This document shows positions 29,527-38,142 of a stretch of 53,033 nt of DNA, piece after piece. This stretch comes from Desulfogranum japonicum DSM 18378 (GTDB taxonomy: Bacteria > Desulfobacterota > Desulfobulbia > Desulfobulbales > Desulfobulbaceae): assembly GCF_000429945.1 (NCBI RefSeq), contig NZ_KE386996.1, positions 79,815 through 132,847 on the forward strand, read 5' to 3'. The position numbers were made by a program, and so were the translations under genes. Under the pieces are notes generated by a model. That model did not search any database and was not told where the DNA came from. It saw only the letters and a list, made by a program, of their open reading frames with translations. The number at the start of each line of letters is the position of its first letter. Position 1 is the stretch's first letter.

Positions 29527-31269
29527 ATGCCACAAAAACGACTCCAACAACTTGTAACCAGTATCTCCTTTCGCATAGCGCTTCCCTCGCTCTTTACAAT
29601 TCTTTTATTTATTGCTGCCATTTTCTATGTGCTGCTTCCTCAGCTTGAAGAGAGTTTTATCCACAGGAAGCAGGAAGCTATTAAGGAGTTGACGGAAACT
29701 GTCTGGAGTTTGCTGGAATCGTATTACGAACGGGAGCAGTCGGGGGAGTTAACCAGGCAAGATGCCCAGCAGCGGGCAACGGCCCGTATTCGTAATCTGC
29801 GCTATGGTCCTGAAAAGAAGGACTATTTCTGGATAAACGATATGCACCCCCGAATGATCATGCATCCATACCGAAAAGATCTCGAAGGTGAAGATATTTC
29901 AACATTTCAGGATGCGAACGGGATTTTTCCATTTATCGAGTTTGTCAGGATCGTCAAAGAACAGGAAAGCGGTTATGTCAATTATATGTGGCAGTGGAAA
30001 GACGATCCTGAGAAAATATCGGCAAAGTCCTCTTATGTAATGGCGTTCAAGCCCTGGGGATGGATTATTGGCACCGGTATGTATATAGATGATGTTGAAG
30101 CTGAGATTGCTCAAATACGTAATAAACTCAGCCTGATCTCTATTGGTATTCTCTGCATTGTTTCCATACTTGCCGCGTATTCAATTCGTCAGTCAATGGT
30201 GGCAGACAGGGAACGTCGGGCTATATTCATGAACAGGGAACAGCTTATGGAGTCCCTTGAGCAGAGTAATACACGATTTCGCAATCTGCTTGAGACTACC
30301 AGTGACTGGATTTGGGAGTCGGATCAGGATGGAAAATATACGTATTCCAGTTCGCGGGTAACTGACATGCTTGGTTTTGATCCTGAAGAAACCATTGGTA
30401 AAACATTGATGGATATTGCCTCTCCCAGGTCTGCGGCTCAGTTGGCCGATGCATTTGAGAAATTACTTCAGAGTAAGCAGAATATTGATGGGTTTGAGTG
30501 CACCTGTTTAGGCAAAAGCGGTCAGATCGTAGTTCTCGAAAATAATGCTGTGCCTGTTTTTTCTCACAACGGCGAACCTGAGCTGGTAGGTTACCGAGGA
30601 ATTGCACGGGACATCACAGAGCGGAAGATAGCCATGGAGGCTTTGAAGAAAAGCCGCGATGATCTTCATGCCAGTCTCGAGGAAACCGTATCTTCGCTGG
30701 CTTCAACCGCTGAAAATCGAGACCCTTATACTGCGGGACACCAGCAACGGGTTGACCGGCTGGCCTGTGCCATTGCCAAGAATCTGGGACTGCCTCCCGA
30801 GCAGATCGAAGGGCTCCACATTGCAGCTCTGCTTCATGATATCGGCAAGATTACCCTGCCGTTTGAGTACCTGGCAAAGCCGACCAGTTTGAACAAAGAT
30901 GAACGGGCGATCATCAGGCATCATCCTGAAGTCGGTTATAACATCCTGAAGACGATTCATTTTCCATGGCCGGTGGCGGAAATCGTATATCAGCATCATG
31001 AAGTCCTGGATGGTTCCGGCTATCCGCGTGGACTCACTGACCAGGATATTCTCCTTGAGGCGAAGATTCTTGCCGTGGCCGATGTTGTCGAGGCCATGTC
31101 ATCCCATCGCCCCTACCGCCCATCTCTGGGAATTGAAAAGGCCATGGACGAGATTCGCAAAGGCCGGGGAGTACGGTATCATGCTCCAAGCGTAGACAGT
31201 TGCCTTTATCTGATCCAGGAGAAAAAAATTAACGGTAACGGCGATGACTGGTGTCCGGTGTTTTACTGA
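29527..31269 (+). CDS. Membrane Cache-PAS-HD-GYP protein (second probable c-di-GMP phosphodiesterase)
   Basis: The start is MPQKRL; the upstream ORF-track extension is translated from repeat B2. The order is TM, a periplasmic Cache-like domain, TM, PAS, then HD-GYP with HDIGKITLP and HHEVLDGSGYPRGL. Confidence 0.85.
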   Translation: MPQKRLQQLVTSISFRIALPSLFTILLFIAAIFYVLLPQLEESFIHRKQEAIKELTETVWSLLESYYEREQSGELTRQDAQQRATARIRNLRYGPEKKDYFWINDMHPRMIMHPYRKDLEGEDISTFQDANGIFPFIEFVRIVKEQESGYVNYMWQWKDDPEKISAKSSYVMAFKPWGWIIGTGMYIDDVEAEIAQIRNKLSLISIGILCIVSILAAYSIRQSMVADRERRAIFMNREQLMESLEQSNTRFRNLLETTSDWIWESDQDGKYTYSSSRVTDMLGFDPEETIGKTLMDIASPRSAAQLADAFEKLLQSKQNIDGFECTCLGKSGQIVVLENNAVPVFSHNGEPELVGYRGIARDITERKIAMEALKKSRDDLHASLEETVSSLASTAENRDPYTAGHQQRVDRLACAIAKNLGLPPEQIEGLHIAALLHDIGKITLPFEYLAKPTSLNKDERAIIRHHPEVGYNILKTIHFPWPVAEIVYQHHEVLDGSGYPRGLTDQDILLEAKILAVADVVEAMSSHRPYRPSLGIEKAMDEIRKGRGVRYHAPSVDSCLYLIQEKKINGNGDDWCPVFY

Positions 31270-31312
31270 TCTGCCAATAGACAGGCGTTAACTCATCATG
31301 GTGTATGTAATG

Positions 31313-32191
31313 TTAATCAAATATGCCTGTAGACACCATACTGACATTGCCGCTTACATAGATGGACTCAATATGCTCTGAGCTTGCCTGGACCTTTATG
31401 GAAATCTGACTTGGTCTGCCTGCAAATCTTCCCTGTTTCAGGAGCAATTCTTCATTCGTGTCGAGTTGGTTGTATTTGTGAAGATAAGCGCCAACTGGTC
31501 CGGCAGCACTACCGGTTGCAATATCTTCAAGGCGTCCGCTGTTATCCCAGGTTCTTCCCTCTCGTTGAGTAACATCCAGGACATACGCAAATTTAGCCCC
31601 TATGGATGCTAAAAGTGATTCAAATTCATCGGTGACTATTTTACTTTGTTCCAAGCCGCTGCTGACAGGGACGATAAGGTATGGCAAGCCAGTTGAGATG
31701 ACTTCGAGTTCAAAATTTTCAGCCTGATCTTCAACTGAAAGATTCAGAGATTTCAAAAAGCGCTGAGCCGATGCAGGGGTGACGCAGTGTACAAATTCAG
31801 GCTTGCCTTGATTCATCGTTGCACGGTAACCGTCATGGAGCTGTTCAGAGCATACCTCAACATCCTTTGTATTCAGATGAAATTGCCATTTTTCCTTGTT
31901 ATGCGTTCCGTATTGTTCGTGTAAAACAGCGGCAGCTCCTAAAATAGGATGACCGGCAAAATCTAATTCTTCCTCCTCTGTAAAGATTCTTGCGCGATAA
32001 GCTGATGATGCTTGTGCTTTGGTAAGAAAAATTGATTCAAATTGGCGCATTTCCTGGGTGATCAGCTGCATCATATGGCTGGATACATTCTCAGCCTCCC
32101 AAAACACTGTCAGGCCATTACCAGAGAGTGGTGATTTTGAAAAGACATCAACGTGCCTGTATTTGAGTCCGCTAAGGTTTTGTGATTGCAT
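31313..32191 (-). CDS. PhzF-family (phenazine-biosynthesis-like, DAP-epimerase fold) protein
   Basis: It starts MQSQNLSGLKYRHVDVFSKSPLSGNGLTVFW, a PhzF-like N-terminus. The 38-aa ORF-track extension upstream (MKPLAQRRYQTDILRNFW…) is translated from repeat A2 and is rejected. Confidence 0.8.
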   Translation of the reverse strand: MQSQNLSGLKYRHVDVFSKSPLSGNGLTVFWEAENVSSHMMQLITQEMRQFESIFLTKAQASSAYRARIFTEEEELDFAGHPILGAAAVLHEQYGTHNKEKWQFHLNTKDVEVCSEQLHDGYRATMNQGKPEFVHCVTPASAQRFLKSLNLSVEDQAENFELEVISTGLPYLIVPVSSGLEQSKIVTDEFESLLASIGAKFAYVLDVTQREGRTWDNSGRLEDIATGSAAGPVGAYLHKYNQLDTNEELLLKQGRFAGRPSQISIKVQASSEHIESIYVSGNVSMVSTGIFD

Positions 32192-32228
32192 TGGTTTAGT
32201 TTTTTGTAGCCGTATGGGCGTATTTTTA

Positions 32229-32388
32229 GGGTCGCGGGAAATACGAAAATTCCAAAAATTGCGTAGGATATCGGTTTGGTAACGTCGTTGCGCCAATGGT
32301 TTCATACTGTCCGTTGAGCCATTGACACGACGACGTTACCGAGTTGAGAAACAAGCAAGATTGGATGATTCATTTTTTCCGTGTCCCT
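32229..32388. repeat. Family-A element, full length (A2), about 160 bp
   Basis: The ends gggtcgcgggaaat and ttttttccgtgtccc are imperfect terminal inverted repeats. An internal roughly 20-bp hairpin is formed by ggtaacgtcgttgcgccaatgg and ccattgacacgacgacgttacc. It is about 85 % identical to 50004-50162. Confidence 0.65.
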
Positions 32389-32743
32389 TAATCATCTGGC
32401 TGTATTCGTTGTACTTGGTGTCTGTCCATGTCGTATTTGGCCAGATGTCGTTGTTTTTGCCATGAGGTCCTTGTTGGTTTGTATATGATTTTCTATTTTT
32501 ATAGAAAATATTCTATTAAATTGAGTGGGTGCTTGCCATCTTTTTTTCTTCTCTTCTGTTGGGTGTGATGCAAATGTGCATGATATCAGTATGTTATATC
32601 TGGATGAGTTTTTATGCATTCATTGGCACAACTCATGCTTTATTTATGGCACGATAACTATGATGAACCAGCGGCGTGTTAATCAGGCTTAAATGCTTTT
32701 GATTTTTCCTGTTCCGAACATGGGTTGTAATCATCACTTATCG

Positions 32744-32815
32744 ACTGGTTAGCTCAGAGGGTAGAGCACCACCCAGTCACGGTGGCTGTCGCAGGTTCGA
32801 TTCCTGCACCATTGG
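32744..32815 (+). tRNA. tRNA-Asp(GUC)-like sequence; possibly a pseudogene or degenerate copy
   Basis: The D-arm (UAGCUCAGAGGGUAGAGC), the anticodon arm (CCACC-CAGUCAC-GGUGG, anticodon GUC) and the T-arm (GCAGG-UUCGAUU-CCUGC) are intact. The acceptor stem GACUGGU/ACCAUUG has two mismatches (G1·G72 and C3·U70). Position 33 is A rather than the near-universal U. No CCA is encoded. Confidence 0.5.
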
Positions 32816-33149
32816 GAAAGTAAATCCCTTTACGGAATGTGAAGTATAACTTCACACAGATGAGTGAAGTAACCAGTGTTGTCTGATCCTGTTCTTCAAT
32901 TTTCGAGGTTATGAAGGGTGAATTGCCAGGTTCAGCTGAGGAATATGTCATGCGGCAAACCGATAAGGCTGTTGAGGATTTGTGCTTCAATTGACGTAGT
33001 TTCAGGCGTGAATGCGGTACATTGAAATGGCAGCTTGGGTATTGTCCCACATATTTATTGCCGGGAAGCCTGGAAATGAGTGCTCCCACGGTTGCCGAAG
33101 TATCGACACTGGTTACCTCCTGATGGGGTTACTGAAAAAAGAAAAAAAC

Positions 33150-33261
33150 AGTAACTGCTCACAGCGTACCTGGTCTTTCCGCGATTAGCCTGGCTTACGT
33201 ATGACCCAATACGCTGCGCCGCCTGCTTGCGAAAACCTCAGGCACCCTGTAACCAGTTACA
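33150..33261. repeat. Family-C element (C2)
   Basis: The ends are cagtaactgctcacag and ctgtaaccagttaca. The interior is agcctggcttacgtatgacccaatacgctgcgccgcc. Confidence 0.6.
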
Positions 33262-33385
33262 CATATGGGAGATATTCAAGCTTTTCAGTCTCCCCTGTGC
33301 GTAGTTACGAAAAACGCTATGAAAAAGTAGTTGTTATAGAGAAGAGTTAACTCCGTTAGGCGTTGTAAAAAGATGAGAGGATGCG

Positions 33386-34489
33386 ATGTATTTAGGAAGA
33401 GTAACTGTGCGATCCTATGAAAAAGGTTTGCTATTCAAGGATGGAGAGTTTGTGAAAATTCTCCCTGAAGGAAAACACTGGCTTTTTGACGTATCTGGAA
33501 AGAGTGTGGTGGATGTGGCTTCTACACGTACTCCCCAGTTGCTCCATAAGGATCTTGATCTCATCGTAGACTCAGGTTTGCTTGGCAGTGATGCGAAGGT
33601 CTTGGAATTATCCGATACGGAGCGTGGCCTGGTGTGGGTGGATAACCGGTTTGAAACTATACTGGGTCCCGGTCAGCACGTCATTTGGCAAGGGTTCAAA
33701 GATGTACGGATAGAGACCGTTGACACCTCAGATGTAAAGCTTTATCACCCGAAAATACGGGTCATCATAGAAACTGGATCTGCAATGGGTGAACTGACTC
33801 CTTACTGGGTCGATGAGGGGAGTGTTGGTATTCTCTTTGTTGATGGTGTCATCACTGATCTGCTTGAACCGGGCTGCCATGCGTTTTGGCAAAACTCTGG
33901 GCAGGTTAAAGTGATACCGGTTGATAAAGGGGAAACCACCCTTGATGTGAGCGGTCAGGAGATCCTCAGCCGAGACAAGGTAAGTCTCAGGCTCAATGCT
34001 TTGGTGACGTATAAGGTAACTGATCCGGTTAAAGCTATCCGAGATGTGGAGGACTACAAGCAGTCGCTGTATCGGGAAACCCAGCTCTCGTTGCGGGCCA
34101 CCGTGGGCACCATGGATATTGATACACTGCTTGCTGACAGGGACGCTCTGGTTGATACGATTAAAGCAACCCTTTCAATCAGGGCAGCAGAGTTTGGTCT
34201 CACTGTTATCGGTTTTGGTATTCGTGATATCATTTTGCCGGGTGATATGAAAGAGCTCCTCAACAAGGTGGTTGAATCGAAAAAAATGGCTGAGGCAAAC
34301 CTCATCACCAGACGGGAGGAGACCGCCGCAATGCGTAGTCAGGCGAACAGCGCGAAACTGCTGAACGATAACTCGGCTTTGATGAGATTGAAAGAACTTG
34401 AGCTGTTAGAGAAAATTGCTGCAAACTCGACCCTCAACATCCTGTGTGGAGAGGCTGGGCTGAAAGATTCTGTGATGAAACTCATTTAA
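33386..34489 (+). CDS. SPFH/band-7 (stomatin/prohibitin-like) domain protein with N-terminal tandem beta-rich repeats
   Basis: Two roughly 60-aa N-terminal repeats are present (…GLVWVDNRFETILGPGQHVIWQGFKDVRIETVD… and …VGILFVDGVITDLLEPGCHAFWQNSGQVKVIPVD…). An SPFH-like core and a C-terminal coiled-coil (EANLITRREETAAMRSQANSAKLL) follow. Confidence 0.7.
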   Translation: MYLGRVTVRSYEKGLLFKDGEFVKILPEGKHWLFDVSGKSVVDVASTRTPQLLHKDLDLIVDSGLLGSDAKVLELSDTERGLVWVDNRFETILGPGQHVIWQGFKDVRIETVDTSDVKLYHPKIRVIIETGSAMGELTPYWVDEGSVGILFVDGVITDLLEPGCHAFWQNSGQVKVIPVDKGETTLDVSGQEILSRDKVSLRLNALVTYKVTDPVKAIRDVEDYKQSLYRETQLSLRATVGTMDIDTLLADRDALVDTIKATLSIRAAEFGLTVIGFGIRDIILPGDMKELLNKVVESKKMAEANLITRREETAAMRSQANSAKLLNDNSALMRLKELELLEKIAANSTLNILCGEAGLKDSVMKLI

Positions 34490-34544
34490 CCCACCTTGCT
34501 CAAGATGTATTTGGATACTTGGTATTGTGCCGGGATTTTGAGGT

Positions 34545-35915
34545 TTGATAACCAGCACGCCGGATAGGACTATGACAGTTGAAAATCACTTGGAAATAAT
34601 CAAAAGACTCTGTGATCACAACCACGACACATATCTTGTAGGTGGTGGAATACGGGATATGTTGTCTGGCTGTGAACCAAAGGATTTTGACATCGTCACT
34701 GCGGCCACTCCGGAAATGATTATGGAGTTGTTTAAGGACTGCAACGTGATGATCATTGGCAAGTCATTCGGAGTTGTGCTGGTGGACGGGTATGAAGTCG
34801 CCACCTTCAGGCACGACAGACACCACGGTATCGGAGACAAAAACTGTACGGTTCACGTTGCTGACTCCATCAAGGAGGATCTCAGTCGCCGTGATTTCAC
34901 TGTCAATGCCATGGCGTATTGTGAACTTACAGGTGAAATCGTTGATGAGCACAACGGGCGGAGTGATCTGAACAGGCGGATCATCCGCTTTGTGGGAGAT
35001 CCACAGCAACGTATTCTGGAAGATCCCAACAGGATAATCAGGGCCTGTCGATTCCTGGCAAAGCTTCAAGGCGAATTTGACCTTGGAACGAGATTTGTTC
35101 TTGAGGAAAACGCCCATCTTGTCCGAGATGATGTCGCACCTGAGCGAATCCGGTTGGAGGTCCTGAAAGCAATGGAGCTTGAGCAGCCATCGCTCTTTTT
35201 CTCTGCGCTGCACTCGATAGATGCTTTAAAGTATATTTTCCCTGCAATGGATAGTTGCGTCGATCATCCACACGGTGAACATCATCTTGAAGATGTTTTT
35301 GTCCACCTGATGCTTGCGGGAGATGCTGCCGGCAGTGAAGACCCGATTTTACGGCTGGCTGCTTATCTCCATGATGTAGGGAAGCCAGCCGCCTATGCCA
35401 GAAGAGGGGACGGTAGCTTTGTTCACCACGATGCCATTGGGGTTGGCTTTATTACTGAGGAGCTGCAAGCTCTGAAATTTTCGCATGCGGAGATAAGCAG
35501 GATTACGAATCTTGTCTCTGTGCACATGGCCAATATCAGGGATATCTCAGATAAGGGCATGAGGAGATTGCTTAAAAAGCTTGTTGAACGGAATCTCACT
35601 TTTGAGGAGTTTCTGGGACTTCGTATTGCTGACAGAGCTGCCAACAGGAAAAAGCAGCCATACAATGATGATGAAATATCAGCTATGGTTGCTCATGTTG
35701 ATACAATCCGAAACAGTAAGGTTCCGTTAACTGTTACTTCGCTCGCTGTTTCCGGTGGTGAACTGATAGAAGAGTTGCACCTTTCCCCTGGGCCAAATAT
35801 CGGTGAGATCCAACGATATCTACTGGAGCAGGTCTTAGAGCAGAGTGAAACGATCAACTCCCGTGAAACTCTTCTGCATCTTGCAAGACAATATGTTGAA
35901 AACGGAGGTGAGTGA
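34545..35915 (+). CDS. cca: tRNA nucleotidyltransferase (CCA-adding enzyme) with C-terminal HD domain
   Basis: The poly-A-polymerase head domain is GGGIRDMLSGCEPKDFDIVTAATPE. The HD motif is H…LAAYLHDVGKP. The length of 456 aa and the domain order match class-II bacterial CCA enzymes. An alternative start lies at 34572. Confidence 0.8.
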   Translation: MITSTPDRTMTVENHLEIIKRLCDHNHDTYLVGGGIRDMLSGCEPKDFDIVTAATPEMIMELFKDCNVMIIGKSFGVVLVDGYEVATFRHDRHHGIGDKNCTVHVADSIKEDLSRRDFTVNAMAYCELTGEIVDEHNGRSDLNRRIIRFVGDPQQRILEDPNRIIRACRFLAKLQGEFDLGTRFVLEENAHLVRDDVAPERIRLEVLKAMELEQPSLFFSALHSIDALKYIFPAMDSCVDHPHGEHHLEDVFVHLMLAGDAAGSEDPILRLAAYLHDVGKPAAYARRGDGSFVHHDAIGVGFITEELQALKFSHAEISRITNLVSVHMANIRDISDKGMRRLLKKLVERNLTFEEFLGLRIADRAANRKKQPYNDDEISAMVAHVDTIRNSKVPLTVTSLAVSGGELIEELHLSPGPNIGEIQRYLLEQVLEQSETINSRETLLHLARQYVENGGE

Positions 35916-36118
35916 TCACAGGCAAACCGTGGAGTTTCCCGCTGGTCTCTTACCTGCGTAAAATAGCGCTTGTATAAATATGAAGCGCCTGTGTTCAGTT
36001 ACGTCGCTTTTGGTTGCTCAAACGACACTTCTGGCGCGGATCTGTACAGCTTTAGCATTCTTCCCAAGGATATCTCTTTCCATATCTGGCAGGGGGCTAC
36101 AGCCGCATGGGTGAGTTT

Positions 36119-37729
36119 TCAATCTTTTGGCAGTATCCGCTGTATTTGCTGCCAGTCAAGGTCGTATTTGGCCAGATATTTTCTGAGTCTGTCTGTGTCG
36201 TTACTGGTTCGTTTGTGCATTCGGGAAACATTGAAAAGTCTGCGACCAGCCTCTGCAAGGGTCGAAGAATTTTGGCAGGTCTTCAGTACGTGGGTAAGGG
36301 TGGCTTTGTCAACGTCATCGATCTGCTCTGCCTTTTTTGTGCCCAGGATACGGATTACCAGGTCATTGGTGTCTTCATCGTCTCTGTTGTATGTCCATCC
36401 CTGTTGCAGAGTTTGTAGTTCCTCCTTGACCTGCTGAATCGTAATGCGCCCGCCCGGAGCCAAGGTAGCCATGCGGGTGACTGCACCGCCAAGATCCCTG
36501 AAATTTGCCTTCCATGCAGCAACCGGAGAAGTCGCAAATGAAAGAAATGTGGTTCTTGCCTCTGTATTGATGGTCACACGCCGTCCTGTCCTGCTGCTGA
36601 ACTTGTCCAGTTCATAATCAAAATTTGGTTCAATATCTTCCTTTCGGTCACGTAATCCTGGCATGTGGAATGTCCACAGATTAATTCGGGCCAGCAGATC
36701 TTCACGAAATTTTCCCTGTGCGCATGCCTGTGGCAGATCTTTGTTGGTACCGCATATTAATTGGAAAGTGCTGGTAACTTCCTTGTCTGCCCCTACAGGA
36801 AGAAACTGTTTTTTCTCTATGGCACGGAGCAGCATGGCCTGCTCGTCAAGGCCAAGTTCTCCTATCTCATCTAAAAAGAGCATGCCCTGATCAGCAGTTT
36901 TGAGCAGGCCTGCCCGTGGTCCTGTGGCTCCTGTAAAGGCTCCTGAAGTGTGGCCGAACAGGGCTGCCATGGCGTTGTCACCCTGCAGAGTGGCACAGTT
37001 GATCTCTACCAGTGGGCCCTGGAGCCGTGTGCGTTGTTTTTTCAGCTGATATATGCGATCAGCTAACCGTGACTTGCCTGCTCCAGTGGGACCGGTAAGC
37101 AAGATAGGGTCCACAGAGCGAATGGCAACCCGCTCGATTCTGGCAATGAGTTGGTTGAAGGCTGTATTCCTTGTCTGGATGCCTGATTTGAGGAGTGATA
37201 TGTCATCGTGTTGCAGTTTCTGGAAGCGGCCGGCTATGTGATCGTACTTGGACAGATCCAGATCGATAAGAGAAAACGTTCCGGGAGCAAGGCTGTTACG
37301 TCCACGTCCGGGGCCGCTCTGGATGAGGCGGGCCGGGAAATAGTGGGCCTCTGTGAGCAGAAACAGGCAGATCTGTGCCACGTGGCTGCCTGTGGAGATG
37401 TGAACAAGATAATTATTCTCCTGTTCAAAACAGTATTCCATGCTGAAATCGTGGAGAACGCTGAAGACTTCTTCAAAATCCCAGGGATTGTGCATGGTTA
37501 TCTCATGGGGCACGATTTCGGTTTCCGGAGAGACGGTATGAATATCTTTAATGGTTCTGTTCAGTAGTGCCCTGAATTCTTTTTGATAGAGCAGGTCTAA
37601 TCGATCTATAAGAAAATCTTCATGCTGACAGAGTGATACGGTGGGACGCCAGCGCTCCCAACGTTTGGAACCTTTTCCTGTATTATCCAGTGTGGAGCCC
37701 AGCAGGCCGATGACAATATTTTTACTCAT
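36119..37729 (-). CDS. rtcR: Sigma-54-dependent transcriptional regulator RtcR (N-terminal CARF-like domain, AAA+, HTH)
   Basis: A roughly 190-aa N-terminal domain is followed by a Walker A (GPTGAGKSRLADRIY) and GAFTGA (GHTSGAFTGA). The size is 536 aa. It is divergent from rtcB-rtcA, as in E. coli. Confidence 0.9.
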   Translation of the reverse strand: MSKNIVIGLLGSTLDNTGKGSKRWERWRPTVSLCQHEDFLIDRLDLLYQKEFRALLNRTIKDIHTVSPETEIVPHEITMHNPWDFEEVFSVLHDFSMEYCFEQENNYLVHISTGSHVAQICLFLLTEAHYFPARLIQSGPGRGRNSLAPGTFSLIDLDLSKYDHIAGRFQKLQHDDISLLKSGIQTRNTAFNQLIARIERVAIRSVDPILLTGPTGAGKSRLADRIYQLKKQRTRLQGPLVEINCATLQGDNAMAALFGHTSGAFTGATGPRAGLLKTADQGMLFLDEIGELGLDEQAMLLRAIEKKQFLPVGADKEVTSTFQLICGTNKDLPQACAQGKFREDLLARINLWTFHMPGLRDRKEDIEPNFDYELDKFSSRTGRRVTINTEARTTFLSFATSPVAAWKANFRDLGGAVTRMATLAPGGRITIQQVKEELQTLQQGWTYNRDDEDTNDLVIRILGTKKAEQIDDVDKATLTHVLKTCQNSSTLAEAGRRLFNVSRMHKRTSNDTDRLRKYLAKYDLDWQQIQRILPKD

Positions 37730-37889
37730 AGGTGCGCCATATATGTATAGAAAATTTTCTAGATTATAGCGATAAATCTATCTGTTTGAAAGGTGAAGAC
37801 TTCAAAAATTGAAGTGGCAGGATTGTTGTTGCTGTGTAAAGCTATGTTAAAACAGCATGTTACGTGCTTTTCTTCGATAATATTTTTTT

Positions 37890-37907
37890 CTGGCACATGA
37901 TCTGCTG
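37890..37907 (+). promoter_or_regulatory. Candidate sigma-54 promoter for rtcB-rtcA
   Basis: The sequence CTGGCACATGATCTGCTG has GG and GC separated by 10 nt. It lies about 240 nt upstream of the rtcB start and faces it. Confidence 0.55.
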
Positions 37908-37953
37908 TATTGTACAATGAAAGTAACTCCCTATTTTAACTTACCTCTGACCT

Positions 37954-38058
37954 GTAACTGGTTACAGGGGCCTGAGAACACACAGGCTGACGCAGCGTTT
38001 TGGGTCATATGTAAGCCAGGCTGATCGTGGAAAGATCAGGTTCACTGTGAGCAGTTAC
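37954..38058. repeat. Family-C element (C3, reverse orientation) inside the rtcB leader
   Basis: The ends are tgtaactggttacag and ctgtgagcagttac. The interior is ggcttacatatgacccaaaacgctgcgtcagcc read in reverse. It sits between the sigma-54 promoter and the rtcB start. Confidence 0.6.
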
Positions 38059-38142
38059 CAATGAAAACTACAGCTGGATATATATTTTCAGTGAGCATGA
38101 ATGGAAGGGCACAGGGTCCTTCTCGATAGAAAGGATAGAGAT

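Noticed and set aside
32192-32305. N-terminal 38-aa extension of the PhzF ORF (MKPLAQRRYQTDILRNFWNF…)
   Set aside because: The same peptide string LA.RRYQTDILRNFW is produced in the flgE ORF-track extension and, as a variant, at 41216. It is the translation of repeat family A. The real PhzF start is the ATG at 32191.
32754-33089. 111-aa minus-strand ORF ending …PNGAGIEPATATVTGWCSTL
   Set aside because: Its C-terminus is simply the antisense translation of the tRNA-like sequence at 32744-32815. The rest is low-complexity. It has no Shine-Dalgarno sequence and no motifs.
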